Positions 24,739-32,000 of a stretch of 32,000 nucleotides of DNA are shown here, piece by piece. The position numbers and the translations under genes were made by a program. Source of the stretch: Coprobacillaceae bacterium (GTDB lineage Bacteria; Bacillota_I; Bacilli_A; Erysipelotrichales; Coprobacillaceae); assembly GCA_963675915.1 (NCBI GenBank), contig OY780959.1, forward strand, positions 420,001 through 452,000, written 5' to 3'. The notes below the pieces were generated by a model. The model searched no databases. It was not told where the DNA came from and saw only the letters and a list, made by a program, of their open reading frames with translations. Position 1 is the stretch's first letter. The number at the start of each line of letters is the position of its first letter.

Positions 24739-26423
24739 GGTAGTGTCAAACGTTTATGAAAAGTATGATTAATTGATGATAGTGGTATTTGTTATGTAGT
24801 CGTTGGCCATATCAATGATCATATTCCATTTTTTAGGCATGTTGGTAACTCCTTTGAATGCTTCAAGTTCTACAGGCGGTTTGTATTTCAATGAGCTGTG
24901 ATTTCTTAGAAAATTGAAGTACGTGGTAAATAGACACATGAATTCATTTGCCTTATCAAAATCTGTAAAACCATTCTTTACGTAATATGAGAACTTGAAT
25001 GTTCTATTCAATCTCTCAATTATTTGCTTTTGAGATCGATACATCTTTGAAGTTTCATCTTTGTTTTCTAAACCGATTACCTGATGAACTTTGAATCTTA
25101 TTTTGTTTATATGTAAATATTGTTGGGCAGCGAGGTAGATTGGATTGCCATCAACGACGAAATTCAAATCTTCAGGCAGGTCTTCTGGAATGACTGTAAA
25201 CTTTCTGATTACTGAATAGAAAGCTTGAATTGCTGAAAATGTATCTCTTTTCATGAAGATGTTGTAAGAGGTTATTATTTTTCTGACACTGTCACACATG
25301 AAAAAGACATAGGCTTTCTTGCCTTTGACTTTCACGTAAGTTTCATCACCGCACTGATCTACAGTCAAATTGTCATACTGGTAGTTGTCCAACCAAGGGT
25401 TGATCAGACAACTGGCTGCTTCGGCATAGTTGGCGACAGTCTGATGAGATACTTTGACGTCATGAACTTCTCGCATAATCAACGCGGTTTTCCTCAAAGA
25501 TAAGCCGTAGTTGATGTGGTATGTGAGGATTAGGCCCAGTATGTGCTTTGAATTATGGATTCTCGACAATTGGACCTTTGAAGGGGTTATGGTTGCCTGA
25601 AGTCTTTCCAATTGTTCTATGGTAGCACTGAAAACTCTGGTTATGTAGTGGAGTTTGAAGGCGGAAGGATTTCTCTTGTAGAGTTTCTTCTCCTTGCGGT
25701 TCATCATTCTGAGATTGTGCTTGTAGTAAGTACACATGTTGTTAGGACAACGATATACAGTGAAATGTTCACGGGTATGACGTGGATCCAGTTTTACCCC
25801 GCAATAAGGGCAGTAATGTGCCACTTGTTGGATATATGGTTTTCCAGGAACGAAGGCGGTATCGCATACTTTGCAGCGACACTGCTTTGATATTTTGCCG
25901 GACTTGTTGTCATAAAGATATTCGTAAGGAGCTCCACAGTGAGGGCAAACAGTATCTTTTGGTATGTTTAAAGGAACCCGTCTATTTATAGGTTTGGGCG
26001 AGCGACCTTTATGTTTGGATTTATATATTTCTACCGCTTCATCAAATGAAATCGGGAGATTTTCTTCTTTGATGAAAGGAACTGGATCAACCTTGAATTT
26101 GCGGTATTGTTCGCTCATGACCAATGTAGCGGGTTCCTTAGGTAGAAATTTCATTAAAAAGCATTCGGATTTGAAAGAAATTTTATTGATGATGTTCAGT
26201 AATTTGATAATTAGTGATATAATCTTAGCCATGGTAATAGTTCTCCTTTACTTTAGGTTTGGTCACTTACAATTATAGGAGCTATTACCTTTTTTGTATA
26301 ATGAAAAGGCTAAGTTATATGTCAATCCCGGAGGGGAATGACTAAAATAGATAAAAAACCAAGGTAGAATGCGGTTTTCTAGTTAATTATGACTATAAAT
26401 AACTAACTGGTTTTGACACTACC
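24739..26423 (-). mobile_element. IS6-family-like insertion sequence, 1685 bp, apparently intact
   Basis: 12-bp perfect terminal IRs, GGTAGTGTCAAA (24739-24750) and TTTGACACTACC (26412-26423), which resemble the GG..TGT..CAAA ends of IS26/IS257. 8-bp TSD. A single transposase ORF. Visibly more AT-rich than the flanks. Confidence 0.85.
24769..26232 (-). CDS. DDE transposase, IS6-like catalytic core with a long N-terminal multi-zinc-ribbon extension (487 aa)
   Basis: Core GDETYVKVKGKKAYVFFMCD...RD...VVDGNPIY...IIERLNRTFK parallels IS26 DETYVKVNGRWAYLYRAVD...TDKAPAY...NNVIECDH. The N-terminus has CPHCG...CRCKVC, YCPYCG and RCPNNMC CxxC pairs. AAAGGAGAA RBS. Confidence 0.85.
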   Translation of the reverse strand: MAKIISLIIKLLNIINKISFKSECFLMKFLPKEPATLVMSEQYRKFKVDPVPFIKEENLPISFDEAVEIYKSKHKGRSPKPINRRVPLNIPKDTVCPHCGAPYEYLYDNKSGKISKQCRCKVCDTAFVPGKPYIQQVAHYCPYCGVKLDPRHTREHFTVYRCPNNMCTYYKHNLRMMNRKEKKLYKRNPSAFKLHYITRVFSATIEQLERLQATITPSKVQLSRIHNSKHILGLILTYHINYGLSLRKTALIMREVHDVKVSHQTVANYAEAASCLINPWLDNYQYDNLTVDQCGDETYVKVKGKKAYVFFMCDSVRKIITSYNIFMKRDTFSAIQAFYSVIRKFTVIPEDLPEDLNFVVDGNPIYLAAQQYLHINKIRFKVHQVIGLENKDETSKMYRSQKQIIERLNRTFKFSYYVKNGFTDFDKANEFMCLFTTYFNFLRNHSSLKYKPPVELEAFKGVTNMPKKWNMIIDMANDYITNTTIIN

Positions 26424-26431
26424 TTACAATT
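26424..26431. repeat. Target-site duplication, right copy (TTACAATT)
   Basis: See the left copy. Confidence 0.9.
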
Positions 26432-26445
26432 GCCAAGGGGAAATT

Positions 26446-27705
26446 ATGAAAATAGGAAAGCGAATTATCAAATCTTTTTTTGCGGTGGTATTGAGTTTTG
26501 TCATCTACCTGCTACGGGGCAGTGTGGGGATGCCATTCTATACCGCGATTGCGGCATTGCAGTGTATGCAGCCGTATAAAACGAGCACCAAGAACATGGC
26601 GGTGCAACGGACAGTCGGAACCCTGATTGGGGCCGGGTTTGGACTGATTGTCAAATTGATCGAATTATATCTGCTCCCGGAAAACAGCGGCGTCATCTAT
26701 TATGGAATTGTCTCGCTGGCAGTCGGGGCAGTCTTGTATACAGCAACAGCTGTAAAAAAGAAGAACACAGCTTATTTTTCCTGTGTTGTCTTTTTGAGTA
26801 TTGCGGTGGTTCATATGGATGATCCCAATCTGTTACTCTTTGTCTGGGGTCGGGTTTTGGATACCATGATTGGAATTGGTGTGGGGATTGCAGTCAATTC
26901 ATTTGAAATCCCCCGCAAAGTCAATCGTGATATTCTATTGGTGTCCGGACTTGATGGAACCCTGTTTACCATCGGGAATTCCATTTCCGATTACAGCAAG
27001 ATTCTGTTGAACCGGATGATTGAATCCGGGGCCCAGTTCACCATTTCTTCGGCGCGGACACCCGGGGCGGTGGTTGAAGCCACTGAAGGCATCCATCTCA
27101 ATCATCCCATCATTGCGATGGATGGGGCGGTTTTGTACGATATCAAGGACAAACGTTATGTCAAATATTACAGCATCGATAGCCAGTTGGTCGATGATAT
27201 CCGGGATTTTTTAAGGGATAAGGATTATCATTACTTTATCAACGGCTTGCTGGAAAATGTATTGTTGATCTACCGGGGAGAATTCAACAACGAAGTCGAA
27301 CAGGATGTTTATGACAAATGTCGGGTTTCACCGTTTCGAAACTATCTTGGATATGAACACTTCGACCACAGAATCAAGGTTATCTACTTCATGTTCGTTG
27401 AAAAGACTGCGAAACTGGAGCTGCTCTATCAGGAGTTGCTTGACTCGCCCCTGTCAAAACAAGCGAAGATTCTATTCTATCGCTCAACCGATTATCCAGG
27501 CTACAGTTATCTAAAAATCTTCCACAAGGATGCATCCAAGGCAGCCATGCTCGAGTATTATGCCAAGACGCTAAGTGCCACCAAGACGGTAACCTGTGGA
27601 TCTGTTGAAGGGGTTTATGATATCTATATCCCGGAAAACAATCCCAATAAGGCGGTCAGAAAACTGTATCGCGTTTTCAAACCATATTTCTGGGAAAAGC
27701 AATAA
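26446..27705 (+). CDS. Fusion of an ArAE/FUSC-like membrane domain (UPF0421/YgaE-like) with a degenerate Cof-type HAD domain
   Basis: N-terminus MKIGKRIIKSFFAVVLS...ALQCMQPYKTST...QRTVGTLIGAGFG matches the aromatic acid exporter family. The C-terminus is HAD-IIB-like, but motif I reads GLDGT (not DxDxT) and motif IV reads GSVEGVYD (not GDxxND). ATG 26446 behind the AAGGGGA RBS. Confidence 0.65.
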   Translation: MKIGKRIIKSFFAVVLSFVIYLLRGSVGMPFYTAIAALQCMQPYKTSTKNMAVQRTVGTLIGAGFGLIVKLIELYLLPENSGVIYYGIVSLAVGAVLYTATAVKKKNTAYFSCVVFLSIAVVHMDDPNLLLFVWGRVLDTMIGIGVGIAVNSFEIPRKVNRDILLVSGLDGTLFTIGNSISDYSKILLNRMIESGAQFTISSARTPGAVVEATEGIHLNHPIIAMDGAVLYDIKDKRYVKYYSIDSQLVDDIRDFLRDKDYHYFINGLLENVLLIYRGEFNNEVEQDVYDKCRVSPFRNYLGYEHFDHRIKVIYFMFVEKTAKLELLYQELLDSPLSKQAKILFYRSTDYPGYSYLKIFHKDASKAAMLEYYAKTLSATKTVTCGSVEGVYDIYIPENNPNKAVRKLYRVFKPYFWEKQ

Positions 27706-27712
27706 CCAGCCT

Positions 27713-27738
27713 AGCACCGATTTTTTCGGTGCTTTTTT
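27713..27738 (+). terminator. Intrinsic terminator
   Basis: AGCACCGA-TTTTT-TCGGTGCT followed by TTTTT. Confidence 0.8.
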
Positions 27739-27748
27739 GGTCGTTCAA

Positions 27749-27757
27749 TGGTATAAT
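27749..27757 (+). promoter_or_regulatory. Extended -10 element (TGGTATAAT) upstream of rpiR
   Basis: TGg plus TATAAT at 27752-27757, 35 nt before ATG 27792. The -35 is weak. Confidence 0.4.
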
Positions 27758-27791
27758 TGAATAAGAACAATCGTTGAAATCGGGAGGCATT

Positions 27792-28583
27792 ATGACACTA
27801 CTTGAACAATTAGAAAACGCGACCAATCTGACTCCAGTCGAACAGGAAGTGGCGGAATATATTCTGGAAAACAAGGATGAGATCATCAATCTGACCATCC
27901 TTGATTTGGCTAATGTGACCTATACTTCCAATGCGACCATTATCAGGCTTTGTCGCAAACTGGGGGCCAAAGGTTATAAGGATTTCAAGGTGCAACTGGT
28001 CAAGGATATCGAAAGGCGTAGGAAAAAACAGCGCGACATCAATATGAACTTCCCGGTTGAACAGCTTGAAAGCAGTGATGACATCACCAAAATGATGGCC
28101 GATCTTAGCAAAGAGGCCATTGATATCTGTTATGAGACAATTGACAATCGCGATCTGGAAAAGGCCGCCAAAATGATTATGGAATGTAAAAATGTCTACT
28201 TCTTCGGGACTGGGGATTCCCTGATCAATGCCATCGCTTTTTCCAACCGGCTGATCAAACTGCGCAAACCGGCAATCATCGCCAGCCAGTACGGTGAGGT
28301 GGACGCCCATGCCTACAGCATGAAAAAGGATGATCTGGGAATTTTCGTTTCCTATTCGGGACGCTCTTTTGCACGAACCCGGACCATGAATATCGCCCGC
28401 AAACGCGGTTCCAAACTGATTTTGATTTCTTCGGAGCGTAATATTCCGGGATTTGACCTGGTTGTCAACTTCCCCAAAAAAGAGGCTTATGATGGCAAAA
28501 TGGCAACTTTCTACTCGCAAATATCGATCAATTACATTTTCAATTGTCTTTATGCAATCCTTTTTACCAAATATCTCAAATAA
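27792..28583 (+). CDS. RpiR/MurR-family transcriptional regulator (HTH_6 plus SIS)
   Basis: LTPVEQEVAEYILEN...LANVTYTSNATIIRLCRKLGAKGYKDFK (HTH), then a SIS domain (VYFFGTGDS...FVSYSGRS). GGGAGG RBS before ATG 27792. Confidence 0.85.
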   Translation: MTLLEQLENATNLTPVEQEVAEYILENKDEIINLTILDLANVTYTSNATIIRLCRKLGAKGYKDFKVQLVKDIERRRKKQRDINMNFPVEQLESSDDITKMMADLSKEAIDICYETIDNRDLEKAAKMIMECKNVYFFGTGDSLINAIAFSNRLIKLRKPAIIASQYGEVDAHAYSMKKDDLGIFVSYSGRSFARTRTMNIARKRGSKLILISSERNIPGFDLVVNFPKKEAYDGKMATFYSQISINYIFNCLYAILFTKYLK

Positions 28584-28601
28584 CATTATGCCATAATGGC
28601 T

Positions 28602-28652
28602 AAAAAGTTCGAAAGGGTTTGGGGGACACCGGCTATATTCGAACTTTTTTTT
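28602..28652 (+). terminator. Intrinsic terminator with a long loop
   Basis: AAAAAGTTCGAA (28602-28613) pairs with TTCGAACTTTTT (28638-28649); the T-run continues to 28652. Confidence 0.6.
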
Positions 28653-28720
28653 CAGTTTCAGCCGGATTATGGATTTTCAAATTTTCAGATGATAAGATAG
28701 TTGCGAAAGGTGGTATACAT

Positions 28721-29707
28721 ATGAAAACAGGAATAGTAGGAGCAGGTACAATCGTACCGGATTTTCTTGAAGCAAGTAAAAATATCAAAGATATCGAGGT
28801 TCAAAGCATCTCAGCTACCGCAGCTGACATGGATCGAATGAAAGAACTGAGTGACAAATACGGGATTGAAAAAATCTTCACAGATTACAAGGAACTGTTG
28901 GCTGACGATGTTGAAATCGTCTATATCGCAGTGCCTAATCATCTTCATTACATCTTCGCCAAACAGGCAATCGAAGCTAAGAAGAACGTAATTTTGGAAA
29001 AACCATTCGCATCATCATATGCTCAGGCCAAAAACCTGATCGAACTGGCGGCAGCCAACAACGTGGTTATTTTCGAAGCCATTTCCAACCAATTCTTGCC
29101 TAATTACACCAAAACCAAAGAATTGGTGCCACAACTGGGGGATATGAAAATCGTGCAGTTGAATTACTCGCAATATTCACGTCGTTACGACTTATTCAAA
29201 CAAGGAACAACCTTACCGGTATTTGATCCGAAAAAATCAGGTGGGGCGTTGATGGATCTTAACATCTACAACATCCATTTCGTGGTCGGGCTGTTTGGAG
29301 CGCCACAAAAAGTCAGCTATATTGCCAATATCGAAAAAGGGATTGATACTTCTGGGATTTTGACAATGGAATATCCGACTTTCAAATGCGTGGTTGTCGG
29401 AGCCAAAGACTGCAAATCACCAGTATCAATCAATCTCCAAGGGGATAAAGGCTGCATTTATTCGAACAATCCGGCCAATGTCTATAATGATTTCACTTAC
29501 AGCACCAATGACGGTCAAGATGAATCATTCAGCCTTAACAACGGAGAAAACCGGCTTTATTTTGAAATCGCGGAATTTGTCGATATCGTCAAAAACGACA
29601 ACACTGCCAAATTGAAATTGTTGAATGACAATACGCTGACCGTGATGAAAATCGCCGATGAAGGACGCAAACAGGTGGGAATCGAAATTCAGGAGGACCT
29701 ATGTTAA
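28721..29707 (+). CDS. Gfo/Idh/MocA-family NAD(P)-dependent oxidoreductase
   Basis: MKTGIVGAGTIVPDF Rossmann start, ILEKPF motif. AAAGGTGG RBS. The 34-codon upstream extension in the track (28619) spans the terminator and is rejected. Confidence 0.85.
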   Translation: MKTGIVGAGTIVPDFLEASKNIKDIEVQSISATAADMDRMKELSDKYGIEKIFTDYKELLADDVEIVYIAVPNHLHYIFAKQAIEAKKNVILEKPFASSYAQAKNLIELAAANNVVIFEAISNQFLPNYTKTKELVPQLGDMKIVQLNYSQYSRRYDLFKQGTTLPVFDPKKSGGALMDLNIYNIHFVVGLFGAPQKVSYIANIEKGIDTSGILTMEYPTFKCVVVGAKDCKSPVSINLQGDKGCIYSNNPANVYNDFTYSTNDGQDESFSLNNGENRLYFEIAEFVDIVKNDNTAKLKLLNDNTLTVMKIADEGRKQVGIEIQEDLC

Positions 29708-30726
29708 CAATTGCCTATATCGCCAACGGTAAAAGCACCAATCGTTATCATCTGCCCTTCGTCTTGCAACGCAAAGACAAGATCAAAGTCAAAAAAATCT
29801 ATGCCCGTCATCTCGACAAAACCGAATGGCAACGCATCGAGGGAGTTGAATATACCGACAATCTTGATGATTTGCTTTTCGATGATGAAATCGACATGAT
29901 CGTGGTATGTACCCGTCATACCGACGACCTTCATTACAATTATGCCAAAATGGTTTTAAATCACGGCAAACACTGCCTGGTGGAAAAACCGTTTATGGAG
30001 ACAACAGCGCAGGCTCAGGAGATTTTCGCATTGGCCAAAGAGAAGAATCTGATTGTCCAGGCCTATCAAAATCGCCGCTTTGACAGCGATTTTTTGACTG
30101 CCATCGATGTGATTGAAAGTGGCAGACTTGGTGAACTGTTGGAAGTTGAAATGCATTTTGACTATTACCGTCCGGAGATTCCTGAATCGATAGACTACTT
30201 CGATGCGGCAACATCTTATCTTTACGGGCATGCCTGTCATACTCTAGACCAGGTGATCAGTTACTTTGGCGAACCGGACCATATCCATTATGATGTCCGC
30301 CAATTGCTGGGAAGCGGTCGGATGAACGATTATTTCGATCTAGACCTTTACTATGGGACTTTGAAAGTTTCCGTCAAATCAAGTTATTTTAGAGCCAAGG
30401 AAAGACCAAGCTTTGTTGTCTATGGCAAAAAAGGATGTTTTGTCAAAGAGAAAAAAGACCGTCAGGAAGAACACCTCAAACTGTTCTACATGCCTGATAA
30501 GGCTGACTTCGGGATGGATCTGCCCGAACACTATGGCACCATCACTTACTATGATAAAGACAACAATTATCATGAAGAAAAAGTGGTCACCCTCCGCGGT
30601 GATTATGGGCGGGTTTATGATGACCTGTATGAAGCAATTATCAACGGCAAAGAAAAGACGATTACCGACAAACAAACTCTGTTGCAACTCGAAATTCTCG
30701 AGCGCGGGGTCCGGGATTTGAAATAA
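29701..30726 (+). CDS. Gfo/Idh/MocA-family oxidoreductase, YdgJ-like
   Basis: LVEKPF, QNRRFDSDFLT (compare E. coli YdgJ HNRRWDSDFLT), HFDYYRPE. The start overlaps the upstream stop (ATGTTAA). Confidence 0.85.
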   Translation: MLTIAYIANGKSTNRYHLPFVLQRKDKIKVKKIYARHLDKTEWQRIEGVEYTDNLDDLLFDDEIDMIVVCTRHTDDLHYNYAKMVLNHGKHCLVEKPFMETTAQAQEIFALAKEKNLIVQAYQNRRFDSDFLTAIDVIESGRLGELLEVEMHFDYYRPEIPESIDYFDAATSYLYGHACHTLDQVISYFGEPDHIHYDVRQLLGSGRMNDYFDLDLYYGTLKVSVKSSYFRAKERPSFVVYGKKGCFVKEKKDRQEEHLKLFYMPDKADFGMDLPEHYGTITYYDKDNNYHEEKVVTLRGDYGRVYDDLYEAIINGKEKTITDKQTLLQLEILERGVRDLK

Positions 30727-30736
30727 GGGAGAAAAT

Positions 30737-31186
30737 ATGGAATTTACATTGGAGCAAGTATTGGAACAAGAGGCGAATCTGCAATTTGATGAATTCAAGC
30801 ATGAAGATGCCCTCAACTTGGCGCTTCTTATCAATGAAGAAGTGAAAAACAATTATGAAAAACCGGTTGGAATCCGGGTGGTTCATCAGGGCTTGGAAGT
30901 ATTCCACTTTTTGATGAATGAACGCAAAAGACCGGCGACGTGGCTGGTCCGCAAGGAGAAAACCGTTAACGAAAGCGGTCATAGTTCGCTTTATACTTTT
31001 TTGAAAATGGAAGTAGAACCGAAATTTAAAGAGTGGCAGAGTGATGATACCCATGCCATTTGCGGTGGTGGGTTCCCGCTTATCGAAAATGGTGAAGTTA
31101 CCGGATCAATCTGTGTTTCGGGACTGGAACACTGGGATGACCATGCGGTTATCATCAAGTGTCTTAAAAAATATTTAAACAAATAA
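30737..31186 (+). CDS. UPF0303 / heme-degrading-domain (GlcG/HbpS-like) protein
   Basis: FDEFKHEDALNLA...PVGIRV...ICGGGFPL...GEVTGSICVSGLEHWDDH matches the UPF0303 family pattern. Confidence 0.7.
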   Translation: MEFTLEQVLEQEANLQFDEFKHEDALNLALLINEEVKNNYEKPVGIRVVHQGLEVFHFLMNERKRPATWLVRKEKTVNESGHSSLYTFLKMEVEPKFKEWQSDDTHAICGGGFPLIENGEVTGSICVSGLEHWDDHAVIIKCLKKYLNK

Positions 31187-31191
31187 CCATC

Positions 31192-31217
31192 AGCCAAAGC
31201 TCAGTCTTTGGCTTTTT
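31192..31217 (+). terminator. Intrinsic terminator
   Basis: AGCCAAAG-CTCAGT-CTTTGGCT followed by TTTT. Confidence 0.8.
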
Positions 31218-31289
31218 GCTTGGTAAAATGATTGAATTTTTTTAGCAACAATAATATAATTTGATTAAATCTGAAAAAAGGAGAAAATC

Positions 31290-31736
31290 ATGGAAAGAAT
31301 TACAAGCTTCAGTGTTGACCACAGTCAACTTACCAAAGGGGTTTATGTATCAAGAGTGGATGGTGATATCACAACTTACGATATCCGGATGACCACACCA
31401 AATCTGGAAGACGCTCTGGATCCCAAAGCGGCTCATACAATCGAGCATCTGGGGGCGACTTTGCTTAGAAACGGCAAATACAAGGATCATATCATCTATT
31501 TTGGTCCGATGGGGTGCATGACCGGGTTTTATCTGATCACCCGGGGGATGGAATTTGATCAGATCAAGGAAATGGTCAAAGACCTGTATAATCAAATCGC
31601 CACTTGGGATGGGGAGATTCCCGGAGCCAAAGCAGAAGAATGCGGCAACTTCAGCTTCATGGATCTAACCAAAGCCAAAGCCGCGGCGCAGTATTTTGTG
31701 ACCAGCGAATGGGAACATGAATATCATCTTTTATAG
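31290..31736 (+). CDS. luxS: S-ribosylhomocysteine lyase LuxS
   Basis: SFSVDH, HTIEHL metal-binding motif, GPMGCMTGFY (catalytic Cys). AAGGAGAA RBS. Confidence 0.95.
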   Translation: MERITSFSVDHSQLTKGVYVSRVDGDITTYDIRMTTPNLEDALDPKAAHTIEHLGATLLRNGKYKDHIIYFGPMGCMTGFYLITRGMEFDQIKEMVKDLYNQIATWDGEIPGAKAEECGNFSFMDLTKAKAAAQYFVTSEWEHEYHLL

Positions 31737-31744
31737 CAATAATC

Positions 31745-31775
31745 AAGGCAAACTGGAAAGTTTGCCTTTTGTTTC
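31745..31775 (+). terminator. Intrinsic terminator
   Basis: AAGGCAAACT-GGAA-AGTTTGCCTT, followed by a T-rich tract. Confidence 0.8.
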
Positions 31776-31862
31776 TTTTAACGGGTAAAATACCGGGTTC
31801 TATCCCAAGTTTGCTACCAGGGCCGGATAATTGTGATATAATGGTTCCCAGGAGGAATGACA

Positions 31863-32000
31863 ATGGAACTGATACTGGACGAGTTTATCGACAACAAGGA
31901 TGGCAATCCCTACTATATCTATCAAATATGCGAAGAGAATCAAGAAATCGGGCGGATCGTGTTTCGCCTCGGTTCCAATACTGATCATTATTATGATGGT
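31863..32000 (+). CDS. GNAT-like acetyltransferase, N-terminal fragment (runs off the window)
   Basis: Absent from the ORF track because no stop falls in the window. AGGAGGAATGACAATG, then MELILDEFIDNKDGNPYYIYQICEENQEIGRIVFRLGSNTDHYYDG, open to base 32000. The family call is tentative. Confidence 0.5.
   Translation, partial: MELILDEFIDNKDGNPYYIYQICEENQEIGRIVFRLGSNTDHYYDG

Noticed and set aside
26413-26431. Outward-facing TTGACA in the right IR forming a hybrid promoter for the downstream gene, as with IS26/IS257.
   Set aside because: The only -10-like hexamer (TACAAT in the TSD) is 6 nt away rather than 16-18 nt, and no better -10 lies before the RBS.

Overview
Chromosomal window from a low-GC Gram-positive (Bacillota-type) genome. 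This rests on GGAGG-type RBSs, sigma-A TTGACA/TATAAT promoters, hairpin plus T-run terminators and frequent stop/start overlaps; the species cannot be named from sequence alone. About 33 real genes were found. No tRNA, rRNA or CRISPR was seen. Order of content: (1) a sensor module made of a type I sugar-binding protein (5' truncated by the window edge), a HisKA_3 histidine kinase, a NarL/LuxR response regulator and an orphan membrane-anchored family-1 solute-binding protein; (2) a mannose-family PTS operon IIA-IIB-IIC-IID plus a coupled small membrane protein; (3) pdxST with divergent pdxR; (4) a membrane protein behind a long leader, a TIGR04076-like protein and a RimJ-type GNAT; (5) a cell-envelope group with a NodB deacetylase carrying two PG-binding domains, a secreted Cys-Ntn hydrolase and a membrane protein; (6) a tight four-gene minus-strand operon of a PlsY paralog, an N-acyl-synthase-like GNAT, a class V aminotransferase and an alpha/alpha-toroid protein; (7) a class I/II aminotransferase and a malic enzyme; (8) kamA(ablA)-ablB for N-acetyl-beta-lysine, behind a consensus promoter and a roughly 285-nt leader that ends in a strand-specific terminator; (9) an intact IS6-like element with 12-bp IRs and an 8-bp TSD, which separates a strong promoter from an ArAE-HAD fusion gene; (10) rpiR, two Gfo/Idh/MocA oxidoreductases and a UPF0303 protein; (11) luxS and a 3'-truncated GNAT. 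The best candidate for an undescribed system is the PlsY-like/N-acyltransferase/aminotransferase operon at 15249-18513, a putative aminolipid or N-acyl-amine pathway. The second is the unclassified attenuator leader of kamA-ablB. All functional calls come from motif recognition by eye; no database search was run.
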